A DNA stretch of 60,904 bases from a virus. How positions within the stretch are numbered: the stretch's first letter is position 1; every line of letters starts with the position of its first letter. Below the pieces are notes generated by a model that searched no databases, was not told where the DNA came from, and saw nothing but the letters and a program-made list of their open reading frames with translations. A program made the position numbers and the translations under genes. The stretch spans positions 1-60,904 of the IMG/VR virus record IMGVR_UViG_3300029778_000003; one strand, given 5' to 3'. Shown piece by piece: positions 35,004 to 42,983 of this stretch.

Positions 35004-37436
35004 ATGCTAAACGTATCAGCTAAATGGCAAAGGGCAGTAATGCTCGATAATGACATAAACGTAAATTGTTTTGCTGACATAGTTACGGCAAGTGGCGAGA
35101 AAATCCCTATTAGTGATAGTGAGCTGTGGGCGAATGGCTTCGAAGTTAATGACTCAACATCAAGCAATGGTACTTTCACAATCGGGGCTTTGATTGCCGG
35201 AAAACTGAAAATTAAGCTGAATAATATTTATGAAGATTACAACAAGTATGATTTTGATAAGGCAAGTGCAACAGCATATGTTTCAAAAAGCTTTTCTGAC
35301 GGCACAACCGAAAAACTAAAAATCGGTGAGTATAGAGTCAGCGAGACGAGCTATGATGGCTCACTCATAACGCTTACTTGCCTTGACAATATTAATAATT
35401 TCAATCGCGAGTACGATAGCAATTTAAGCTACCCTACGACAGCATATGAGGTAGTCAGAGACGCTTGTATTAAGTGTGATGTACCTTTTACTATGGCGAG
35501 ATTCGATAACTCTGATTACGTGATTAACGAGATACCGAGTGATAATCAAAAGCTCACATATGGACAGGCTATAGCTTACATTTTGCAGTTAAGCGGATTA
35601 TGGGGCAAATGCGGTCATGATGGCGAATTGCTTATCGAGTGGTATGATATGAGCCAGTTTGGGAGCCAAAATTACAATGGCGGAACTTTTAGCACAAAAA
35701 CTACACCATACTCTGACGGAGACAGCGTTGATGGTGGAAAGTTCACCGACTATTCAAGTGGAGATAGTGCTGATGGTGGAACATTCACGGAGGCGAGAAA
35801 TTACCACAATATTTACACGCAAAAAGACTTGAATGTTGCGACCGATGATGTTGTTATCACCGGGGTAAAGGTAACTGTAACCTCAAAAGAGGACAAGACA
35901 AAAGATGTTAATGCTCTTGCCGGAAAAGAGGAATATGTAGTCTCAATCTCTGACAATCCCTTCATTCCGGCAGACAAGGCACAGACAGTTGCAAACTATA
36001 TCTTCAAAAAAATCGGTGGCATGAGGTTTAGACCTCTTGACGCTACGCTCTTGTCAAACCCACTGATTGAGAGCGGAGATGTGGCGCTTGTGACAGACCG
36101 CAAGCAGAATACCTATAGCTGTTTTATTTCCAACCGAACATTTACAGTTGGAAGTGGCACTAAAATTTCGTGTGATGCCGAAAATGCCTCAAGAAATAGT
36201 GCTGATAAATTCAGTAATGAGACAAAGGCTGTCGTACAAGCTAGGAAAGTTGCGCAGGCACAATTAAGCGTATATGACAAGCAAATGCAATTGCTGACAC
36301 AGTTAATGTCTCAATCACTTGGGCTTTTTAAGACTGAACAGGTGCAAGAGGATGGCTCAATTATTTACATTATGCACAATAAAGCTGACCTTAATTCAAG
36401 CAATATACAGTGGAAAATGACAGCTAATGGCATGGCTGTATCAAGCGATTATGGTAAAACGTGGAATGCCGGAGTTGATAAAGACGGAAACGCTATTTTC
36501 AATATTATGTCGGCCATCGGCATTAATTTTGACTGGGCGCATGGTGGTACGCTCACTCTAGGCGGTGAGAATAACACAAACGGCAAGCAGTATGTCAAAG
36601 ACGCAAAAGGAAAAATTCTGATTACGCTTGATAACAAGGGCATTACGCTCGCTGACGGAGTGAGTATTTCGTGGAACAATATCTCAGACCAACCCGATTT
36701 TGCAACAAACGATAAGTTAAACGAATTAAAAGACAATATTGGCTATACGCAAATAGGAAAAGAGTATGTTATTTCCCCAAAAATTGTAGGAGCATACGGC
36801 GAATTTACAAAAGCTTTCAATGTTGATGTTGTCAACCCGTCCACAGGACTCAATCAAAGTTTTTGGGCGCAAGACGCGGAAACAGGGACAAAAATAAGCG
36901 GAAATTACAGTGGAAATGATATTGATAATAATCTTACAGTAAATCCAGAGGGAGCAAACCTTTTTTCAAACGTTGGAGGACATACTAGCGGTATGGGCTG
37001 TGGCGGTGGCTTTGCAAGCATAAACGGTGAAACGGTTAATGTAAGTGGAACTAACGTTGATATTACCGCAAACAATTTGACTCTTAATGGGGTTGAAACT
37101 GTTTTTGGCTCAAAAACATTTACCAATGAAAACGGCTGGTATTGGAGACAGTGGACAGATGGATATATAGAAATGTGGGGAAGTTTTCCCGCGACTGTCT
37201 CGTTTGGCTCTAAATATGGTAGTCTGTATTATACTTATGGAAGCGTATATATGCCAGACGGAATAAAAAGTATCTTACATACTACAGGTACTGTGTTTTG
37301 TAGCGCCGGCGGGTTGTATTCTATTTTTTTTACAAGATGGAGCAGTAATGAGTTGGGGTTTTGTATAAACTCGGCTGCTGCAGAAACAAACAAACAATTG
37401 TATTTACAACTTCACGTTTTAGGCAAATGGAGATAA
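35004..37436 (+). CDS. Tail-associated / baseplate hub protein (Tal-like) with C-terminal receptor-binding-type domain
   Basis: 810 aa, position. C-terminal NGWYWRQWTDGYIEMWG is typical of prophage tail fibre tip domains. Confidence 0.75.
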   Translation: MLNVSAKWQRAVMLDNDINVNCFADIVTASGEKIPISDSELWANGFEVNDSTSSNGTFTIGALIAGKLKIKLNNIYEDYNKYDFDKASATAYVSKSFSDGTTEKLKIGEYRVSETSYDGSLITLTCLDNINNFNREYDSNLSYPTTAYEVVRDACIKCDVPFTMARFDNSDYVINEIPSDNQKLTYGQAIAYILQLSGLWGKCGHDGELLIEWYDMSQFGSQNYNGGTFSTKTTPYSDGDSVDGGKFTDYSSGDSADGGTFTEARNYHNIYTQKDLNVATDDVVITGVKVTVTSKEDKTKDVNALAGKEEYVVSISDNPFIPADKAQTVANYIFKKIGGMRFRPLDATLLSNPLIESGDVALVTDRKQNTYSCFISNRTFTVGSGTKISCDAENASRNSADKFSNETKAVVQARKVAQAQLSVYDKQMQLLTQLMSQSLGLFKTEQVQEDGSIIYIMHNKADLNSSNIQWKMTANGMAVSSDYGKTWNAGVDKDGNAIFNIMSAIGINFDWAHGGTLTLGGENNTNGKQYVKDAKGKILITLDNKGITLADGVSISWNNISDQPDFATNDKLNELKDNIGYTQIGKEYVISPKIVGAYGEFTKAFNVDVVNPSTGLNQSFWAQDAETGTKISGNYSGNDIDNNLTVNPEGANLFSNVGGHTSGMGCGGGFASINGETVNVSGTNVDITANNLTLNGVETVFGSKTFTNENGWYWRQWTDGYIEMWGSFPATVSFGSKYGSLYYTYGSVYMPDGIKSILHTTGTVFCSAGGLYSIFFTRWSSNELGFCINSAAAETNKQLYLQLHVLGKWR

Positions 37437-37459
37437 TTGATGAAAGCGAGGCGTAATTT

Positions 37460-38953
37460 ATGGCAATTCAAATGAGACGAGGGGCATACGCGGAGTTTGA
37501 CCCCTTAAAAATGAAAGCCGGAGAATGGGCGGTATCGACCGATTCCGACACGAAAAAACAGCAGATATGGATGTGTTTTGCACCCGGAATAGTTAAGCGA
37601 ATGGGAACTGTTGAGGATTTTGACGTTGAAATTCAAAGACTTATTCAGAGTTACCTTGACGGCATGGCTCAATCCGTGTCACAGGCTCAAAAATCAGCAC
37701 AAACTGCGACAGAAAAAGCCAACTCAGCAAGCAGTTCTGCTTCACAAGCTCAAAAATCGGCAGAACTTGCCACAAGCAAAGCTCAAGAATCAGCTACTTC
37801 TGCAAACAATGCTAAGGCAAGCGAAACAAAAGCCAAGGCTTCTGAAACCAATGCTAGGACAAGTGAGGACAGTGCGTCTATCTCTGCACGTAACGCTAAG
37901 ACAAGCGAAACAAATTCTAAGGCCAGTGAAACTAATGCTAAGAAATCAGAGGCTAATGCGTCTACAAGCGCAGCTAACGCAAAAAACAGTGAAACTAATG
38001 CCAAGGCTTCTGCTACTAGCGCGTCAACTTCTGCAAACAATGCTAAGGCAAGCGAAACAAAAGCCAAGGCTTCTGAAACCAATGCTAGGACAAGTGAGAC
38101 TAACTCTGCAAAGAGCGAGTCGGAAGCGCAAAAGTACGCAGAACAAGCCAAAGAAATATCTGAGAGCTTAAGTGGAGCATTAAGACCTCTTGGAACAATT
38201 AACTTTGCCGACTTACCGAGCACAGCGAATGCCACTTCCGGTGATATGTACAACATAGCCGACCAATTTACCACAACCACTGGTTTTAAAGAGGGGGCCG
38301 GTAATATAATCCCCGCCGGCAGTAATGTATATCTGACAATCGACAGATATTGGGATGTGCTTGCCGGCACACCGGTAACAGGAGTAAAAGGCGCAAAAGA
38401 AGCTTATTATCGCAGAGGAAATGTAAACATAACTCCTGCCAATATCGGAGCGGTTGCAGAAGGTGGAAATATAAGCGATACAACAGTTACTTTTGCCGCT
38501 ACAACAACTAGAGCAAACCTTGTTTCTGGTGAAAAAGTGTCGGTCGGCTTCGGAAAAATTAAGAAGTGGTTCGCTGATTTGAAAAGCTTTGCCTTTAAAG
38601 ATTTGGCGAATAACCTCACGACTTCTACCACTGGAAACGCATTAGACGCGAGTCAAGGCAAGATTTTGAATGACAAATACGATGAATTAAACCAGAGTTT
38701 AGGTAATATGCATTTGGTTCATTTAGAAAGTCAACGAATTAATGGAGTAGGATATTCATTTGTATATATTGGCTATAAAACTGGATACAGACTTATAAAT
38801 GTTATAGTTAATTATAATACTTCTAGCAAAGGAAATTATCGAATAAATACAATTCAATATGACGATACAAATAAAGTGTATGTGGTATATATAAATCAAA
38901 CACTTGCATCAGGTAGTTATTTGCTTGCCGATTTAATATATATGTCTGAATAA
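37460..38953 (+). CDS. Tail fibre with Ser/Ala/Thr/Asn/Glu-rich repeat shaft and C-terminal variable domain
   Basis: 497 aa. (A/T)SETNAKAS heptad-like repeats. Exact 72-bp direct repeat 37796-37867 = 38027-38098. C-terminal 83 aa follow the LNQSL junction. Confidence 0.8.
   Translation: MAIQMRRGAYAEFDPLKMKAGEWAVSTDSDTKKQQIWMCFAPGIVKRMGTVEDFDVEIQRLIQSYLDGMAQSVSQAQKSAQTATEKANSASSSASQAQKSAELATSKAQESATSANNAKASETKAKASETNARTSEDSASISARNAKTSETNSKASETNAKKSEANASTSAANAKNSETNAKASATSASTSANNAKASETKAKASETNARTSETNSAKSESEAQKYAEQAKEISESLSGALRPLGTINFADLPSTANATSGDMYNIADQFTTTTGFKEGAGNIIPAGSNVYLTIDRYWDVLAGTPVTGVKGAKEAYYRRGNVNITPANIGAVAEGGNISDTTVTFAATTTRANLVSGEKVSVGFGKIKKWFADLKSFAFKDLANNLTTSTTGNALDASQGKILNDKYDELNQSLGNMHLVHLESQRINGVGYSFVYIGYKTGYRLINVIVNYNTSSKGNYRINTIQYDDTNKVYVVYINQTLASGSYLLADLIYMSE
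38687..38702. repeat. Left inverted repeat / putative crossover site within the tail fibre gene
   Basis: ttaaaccagagtttag. 15 of 16 nt are the reverse complement of 39375-39390. Encodes LNQSL. Confidence 0.85.
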
Positions 38954-39048
38954 TTTTTATTTCTTACTAAATATATGATACATTTGTAAAAGTTAATATT
39001 TAGTTACTCCTATTTACTAAAGAGATATTGGTTTACAATTGGATTTGT

Positions 39049-39417
39049 TTAAGATATAGGTGTTGGAATTACTGAATTTTCAATATATGAATTAAAATAT
39101 AAGCATGTAATCGATAATCTTACTCTTATACCAGCATTACTAACGTTTTTCATCTGAATTCCTACCCCTGACGAAGCATATATCATACTATACACAAAAG
39201 CATTAGAATAACCGCCACCGTTTGTAGTTGCATTCCAAAAAGACGTATTTACTATTATTCTAGTGTAGCCTTTTACTGATTTAAATTTAGTATATTCAAC
39301 CTGAGTAGTTCCGTTAGCCCCAATATATATATTATCAATTGTTTCATTTACAGCTACAATAGTAAATTTTTTATCTAAACTCTGGTTTAGCAGACTATCA
39401 CAAATAGGATTTTGCAC
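39049..39417 (-). CDS. Silent alternative tail-fibre C-terminal cassette (no ATG, no SD)
   Basis: The ORF opens with GTG and has no purine-rich SD. After 9 codons it reads LNQSL, identical in sequence and codon phase to the fibre junction, then 108 aa of beta-rich sequence. Confidence 0.65.
   Translation of the reverse strand: MQNPICDSLLNQSLDKKFTIVAVNETIDNIYIGANGTTQVEYTKFKSVKGYTRIIVNTSFWNATTNGGGYSNAFVYSMIYASSGVGIQMKNVSNAGIRVRLSITCLYFNSYIENSVIPTPIS
39375..39390. repeat. Right inverted repeat / putative crossover site (dyad CTAAAC-TCTG-GTTTAG)
   Basis: ctaaactctggtttag. Internal 6-bp arms are perfectly symmetric around a 4-bp asymmetric spacer. Confidence 0.85.
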
Positions 39418-39646
39418 ATAAAAAGAGAGAGCATAAGCCCTCTCGATTATTTTACAGGAATAGGGTTACAAAACAGTCCATATTGTCAATATTCGACAAA
39501 AATAAAACACTTTAAAGTGCTACAGTAATGATGTTCTCAAACAAGAGAACTCTTCAAGTTTCGGTAGGGCGGTGGATTATTCTGCCGTCCTTATTGACGT
39601 TTAAGAACAAATGTTCTATAATGGATGTATCGGAGGTAGTGTTGTA

Positions 39647-39754
39647 TGGAATATAAGGATGAAATAAAGAAACTAATTGATAGCATTGAAAATGAAAAAC
39701 TACTCGACTTTTTGCTAGGCTTCATAAAGTCGGCAATTAAGCGGTGGGGATAAA
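39647..39754 (+). CDS. Small hypothetical protein (35 aa)
   Basis: cggaggt RBS. MEYKDEIKKLIDSIENEKLLDFLLGFIKSAIKRWG. Confidence 0.35.
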
Positions 39755-39781
39755 AAATAGAGGTAGGAAAAACCTACCTCT
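39752..39781 (-). terminator. Terminator for the leftward immunity operon
   Basis: Perfect 9-bp stem agaggtagg/cctacctct with loop aaaaa. The A-run on the + strand gives a U-run on the minus transcript. Confidence 0.7.
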
Positions 39782-39792
39782 GCAAAAAAGAT

Positions 39793-40125
39793 TTATCTGA
39801 AACGATTACCACAATTCAAACAGATAAACTCGTCAACGGCATATCCGCTTCTTGCCTTTTTCACAACCTTTTCTTTTTTATTAACAAGTGTAAAAGGTCG
39901 GAGCGGATTTAGATTTGCCGTATACCTAGTTTTCGTCTTTTCAGGACGAGCACCATAAATTTGTTGACCGGCATACTGAAAATGCGTCGAGCCACAATAC
40001 GGACAACACTTCTGTCCTTGTTCATTATACGTGGTATTTCCATTATTACTACTATCTATATCTGCTAATTTTTCAAGTAAAACAATCAATCCCACAACCA
40101 TAATAACCATAAGTATTACATACAT
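39793..40125 (-). CDS. Membrane-anchored zinc-ribbon protein co-transcribed with the repressor
   Basis: N-terminal TM MYVILMVIMVVGLIVLL. CPYCGS...CLNCGN zinc ribbon. Confidence 0.6.
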   Translation of the reverse strand: MYVILMVIMVVGLIVLLEKLADIDSSNNGNTTYNEQGQKCCPYCGSTHFQYAGQQIYGARPEKTKTRYTANLNPLRPFTLVNKKEKVVKKARSGYAVDEFICLNCGNRFR

Positions 40126-40137
40126 AATAAATCCCCC

Positions 40138-40452
40138 TTATTTTAAATTTCTCAAAATCTGCATTATAGCTTTCTGACTATCTTCTGATAGCTTTGAGTA
40201 TAACTCTATAAGCTCGGTATATGTGTCCGATAGCTCGGAGCTTGGGGCAGATGTCTTTGCACCGTCCATTAAATATCCGGGGCTTAAATCAAGCACACCA
40301 CATATTAATTCTACTGTGTCCATGTCAGGTTTGGACTTATCTTTTTCCCAATCACTAATTGAATTATGTTTTGCGTTTATTAATTCTGCAAGTTGTCTTT
40401 GAGTGTAGTGCTTAGAAATCCTTGCAGTTTTTATTTTCTCACCAAAAGTCAT
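40138..40452 (-). CDS. XRE-family (cI-like) repressor, short form without peptidase domain
   Basis: FGEKIKTARISKHYTQRQLAELINAKHNSISDWEKDKSKPDMDTVELICGVLDLSPGYL. 104 aa. Confidence 0.88.
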   Translation of the reverse strand: MTFGEKIKTARISKHYTQRQLAELINAKHNSISDWEKDKSKPDMDTVELICGVLDLSPGYLMDGAKTSAPSSELSDTYTELIELYSKLSEDSQKAIMQILRNLK

Positions 40453-40478
40453 ATATGAATACCTCCTTTCTAATATTG

Positions 40479-40590
40479 ATAATAATATAAAAATTTCGGA
40501 TAGTCAAGAAAAAAATTTCGGATAAACCGAAAAAAGTTCTTGACATTCGGATAAACCGAAACTATAATACAATTGTTCGGTAAAACCGAA
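40479..40590. promoter_or_regulatory. Immunity switch: divergent promoters and three TTCGG-N5-CCGAA operators
   Basis: Operators at 40517-40531, 40546-40560 and 40576-40590 (plus a half-site at 40495). Rightward TTGACA 40540-45 / TATAAT 40563-68. Leftward TTGACT (rc of 40502-07) / TATTAT (rc of 40479-84). Confidence 0.8.
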
Positions 40591-40614
40591 ACAAAACAGA
40601 AAGGAGAAAAGAAT

Positions 40615-40830
40615 ATGTGCGTAGGACAGAAAATTAAAACTTATTTAGAGGACAACGGCATTACGCAGACTTTTGTTGCTAGTAAGACAGGTATTCCTGT
40701 TCAGAAGCTGAATTTATCACTCAATGGCAACAGAAGATTAGACTTCAACGAGTATGAGTTAATCTGCGGAGCATTATCAGTTGGTGCGGATAAGTTTTTG
40801 GAGCCAAAGACTTTAGAGAGAAAGGAGTAG
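40615..40830 (+). CDS. Cro-like XRE-family HTH protein
   Basis: ATG 40615 after aaaggaga. VGQKIKTYLEDNGITQTFVASKTGIPVQKLNLSLNG. Confidence 0.8.
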   Translation: MCVGQKIKTYLEDNGITQTFVASKTGIPVQKLNLSLNGNRRLDFNEYELICGALSVGADKFLEPKTLERKE

Positions 40831-40832
40831 GA

Positions 40833-41030
40833 ATGAGGTTGTTCGTGAGAAAAGAAATGCTCAACACATTAAAAAGCATTGACAGTACTTTAAAACGTAT
40901 TGAGCAATCCATAAACAATGATGAGAAACATCACCTTAATATTTGCAATGCTGTTTCTCATGCACTGAAAGGTGAAAGATATACACCTATTCAGTCAGAT
41001 GATTTAGTGCAAACTGATAAGCAGATTTAA
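40833..41030 (+). CDS. Small hypothetical protein
   Basis: 65 aa ORF directly after cro. Confidence 0.5.
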   Translation: MRLFVRKEMLNTLKSIDSTLKRIEQSINNDEKHHLNICNAVSHALKGERYTPIQSDDLVQTDKQI

Positions 41031-41160
41031 GATACTGAATTTCCTCAACAGACATTTCAGTATTGCCACACATTACGGCACTACGGCTGTCTATTTGGTA
41101 TTCGGCTAACTTTGAATTTGCATATACGATTGCTAAATCATGAATTTCATCATGAGTCAT
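40987..41160 (-). CDS. Small protein (57 aa) divergent from the antirepressor gene
   Basis: Strong aaggaggtg RBS (rc of 41165-41173) then MTHDEIHDLAIVYANSKLAEYQ... The 138-aa ORF-track version lacks an RBS. Its 3' end overlaps 40833..41030 by 44 nt. Confidence 0.55.
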   Translation of the reverse strand: MTHDEIHDLAIVYANSKLAEYQIDSRSAVMCGNTEMSVEEIQYLKSAYQFALNHLTE

Positions 41161-41215
41161 TTGTTTCACCTCCTTATTATCTAATGAGGAGATTATACCA
41201 CAGAAAGGAGAAAAC

Positions 41216-41938
41216 ATGAACGATTTACAAATTTTCAACAATGAAGAGTTTGGAGAAGTCCGAACAGCGGTAATAAATGATGAACCTATGTTTTGCTTGG
41301 CTGATATATGCAGAGTGCTAGAAATCAAAAATGTTTCTGATTGCAAAAGCAGATTAAGACAAAAGGGTATAGTTACTACCGATACCCTTACAAATGGCGG
41401 CAAGCAGAAGATGATTTTTATTGACGAAAGTAATCTTTACAAGACAATCTTTCAGAGCCGTAAAGAAAGCGCAGAGAGATTTACAGAATGGGTTACATCA
41501 GAGGTACTTCCGTCAATCAGAAAAACAGGCAGTTATGGTATGCCAAAGACAACAGGCGGTCAGATACAGCTTTTGGCACAAGGCTATACAGAATTAGAGC
41601 AGAAAGTAAACGACATCAAAGATGATGTGAGCGAGCTTAAGGAAAATGTACCACTTTACAGTTGCGATATTGACGAGATACAACAGCATGTTAAGCGCAG
41701 AGTTGTAAATATCCTCGGTGGCAAGCAGAGCGAAGCATACAGGGATAACAGTATCAGACATAAGACATTTTCTGATATATGGACACAGTTAAAGCGTGAG
41801 TATGGTTGCGTATCTACTTATAAGAGTATCAAGAGAAAGTATATAGACGATGTGCATGAGTTTATTGATTGCTATGTCGTGCCTAAATATCTTGATGAGC
41901 TTATTCAGGACGCAAACGCTCAACAGAGTTTTGCATAG
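41216..41938 (+). CDS. Antirepressor (BRO-N domain plus C-terminal Ant/ORF6C-like domain)
   Basis: LQIFNNEEFGEVRTAVINDEPMFCLADICRVLEI is a BRO-N signature. Confidence 0.85.
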   Translation: MNDLQIFNNEEFGEVRTAVINDEPMFCLADICRVLEIKNVSDCKSRLRQKGIVTTDTLTNGGKQKMIFIDESNLYKTIFQSRKESAERFTEWVTSEVLPSIRKTGSYGMPKTTGGQIQLLAQGYTELEQKVNDIKDDVSELKENVPLYSCDIDEIQQHVKRRVVNILGGKQSEAYRDNSIRHKTFSDIWTQLKREYGCVSTYKSIKRKYIDDVHEFIDCYVVPKYLDELIQDANAQQSFA

Positions 41939-41950
41939 TGAGGTGATTGT

Positions 41951-42232
41951 ATGAGAAAAAGAACTCTAAAGCAAAAATTCTATACCGGTTGTGGCTATTC
42001 GATTTTCGGGGTGTTGGCGTTCACTTTTTTTCTTGGATTATCGGTGGCATACGGAATTAAGGCGGCGAGTATTATCGTTGGAGCAATCGTAACAGTATTT
42101 TGGCTGATACTGATTGCAATATGTCTCATAGAGGAGGGCGAACCGCATGAGAAAAAGAAACCTGATGTTGATGTTATTAATTTCAACAATTGGAATTATG
42201 ACCTTAAAGCCAATAGTAGCGAAAGCAGATAG
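41951..42232 (+). CDS. Small membrane protein
   Basis: Two TM segments (SIFGVLAFTFFLGLSVAY, IIVGAIVTVFWLILIAICLI). Confidence 0.5.
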   Translation: MRKRTLKQKFYTGCGYSIFGVLAFTFFLGLSVAYGIKAASIIVGAIVTVFWLILIAICLIEEGEPHEKKKPDVDVINFNNWNYDLKANSSESR

Positions 42233-42650
42233 CAAAATTGAGCTGACAGCCGGTGTTTCTTCCTATTTAAATGATGTAATGCTAGGGAAGATTGAGCCAA
42301 CAGTAATTCAGAATGAGCCGGTTGTAGTTGAGCAGACCTATGTAGAACCAACAGTTCCAACTTGCCACAAGAAGTACAGTTGTAGCCGATTTAGGAAGCT
42401 AGGGCGAGTCCGATATGGTGATTACACTTATACGTGGTACTCACAGAGAGTGTTACCTGGAGGCGGTTTGAATATCCCAGGCAGACATTTAAACGAGCAC
42501 GGATTAGTAGTTGATGAAAACGAATACGTTGTAATTGCAAGTGATGATTTACCACATGGAGTTGTGGTCGATACTCCTGTTGGCATACAAGGAATTGTAT
42601 ATGACGAGGGGAGCGGAAATGGAAATCTTGACATCTACTGCGATTGGTAG
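42147..42650 (+). CDS. Secreted protein with C-terminal 3D/DPBB-like domain (cell-wall-active candidate)
   Basis: Signal peptide MRKRNLMLMLLISTIGIMTLKPIVAKA. C-terminal GIQGIVYDEGSGNGNLDIYCDW resembles the 3D-domain end motif. Confidence 0.6.
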   Translation: MRKRNLMLMLLISTIGIMTLKPIVAKADSKIELTAGVSSYLNDVMLGKIEPTVIQNEPVVVEQTYVEPTVPTCHKKYSCSRFRKLGRVRYGDYTYTWYSQRVLPGGGLNIPGRHLNEHGLVVDENEYVVIASDDLPHGVVVDTPVGIQGIVYDEGSGNGNLDIYCDW

Positions 42651-42789
42651 CCAATTGAAACGTCAGAGTGCTAACGATTACCTACAAGAATTATATCGAG
42701 CTAAGCGGCACAAGGACAAATCGTTTGACTTTCAAGCGTTACTAGATAAAGAAATGGAGAAGCTAAATGAGCAGTGTAAGACGAATTAG
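42619..42789 (+). CDS. Small hypothetical protein
   Basis: Internal ATG of ORF 42535..42789 chosen after ggggagcgg. Low support. Confidence 0.35.
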   Translation: MEILTSTAIGSQLKRQSANDYLQELYRAKRHKDKSFDFQALLDKEMEKLNEQCKTN

Positions 42790-42967
42790 GTTAGGTGATA
42801 CAAGATACAGATTGAAGCCATTAACAAGAGAGCAGAAGCTATTGCTCAACAAGGCTCATTACGTGGCTAATGAGTGGCTTTTTGTATCGGAGTCGGACTC
42901 GTATTTGAGAGTTGTTAAAAAATCAAGCCTACACGGAAATTTGATTCTGAAAACCATAAACAAATAG
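42767..42967 (+). CDS. Small hypothetical protein
   Basis: 66-aa ORF in the operon context. Confidence 0.45.
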   Translation: MSSVRRIRLGDTRYRLKPLTREQKLLLNKAHYVANEWLFVSESDSYLRVVKKSSLHGNLILKTINK

Positions 42968-42983
42968 AAAGAGAGGAAACGCA

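Noticed and set aside
37611-38370. Alternative-frame ORFs 37611..38171 (+) and 37783..38370 (-) inside the tail fibre gene
   Set aside because: They are low-complexity read-throughs of the Ser/Ala/Thr/Asn repeat region. The fibre frame has the RBS, synteny and a sensible N- and C-terminus.
37460-39417. A diversity-generating retroelement targeting the tail fibre
   Set aside because: No reverse transcriptase ORF is present anywhere in the window, and no template/variable repeat pair with adenine-specific differences was found. The fibre variability signal is an inversion-type architecture instead.
40987-41403. The 138-aa version of the minus-strand ORF overlapping the antirepressor start
   Set aside because: The long form has no RBS and overlaps the ant 5' end. 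A perfect aaggaggtg SD precedes the internal ATG at 41160, so only the 57-aa form is reported.
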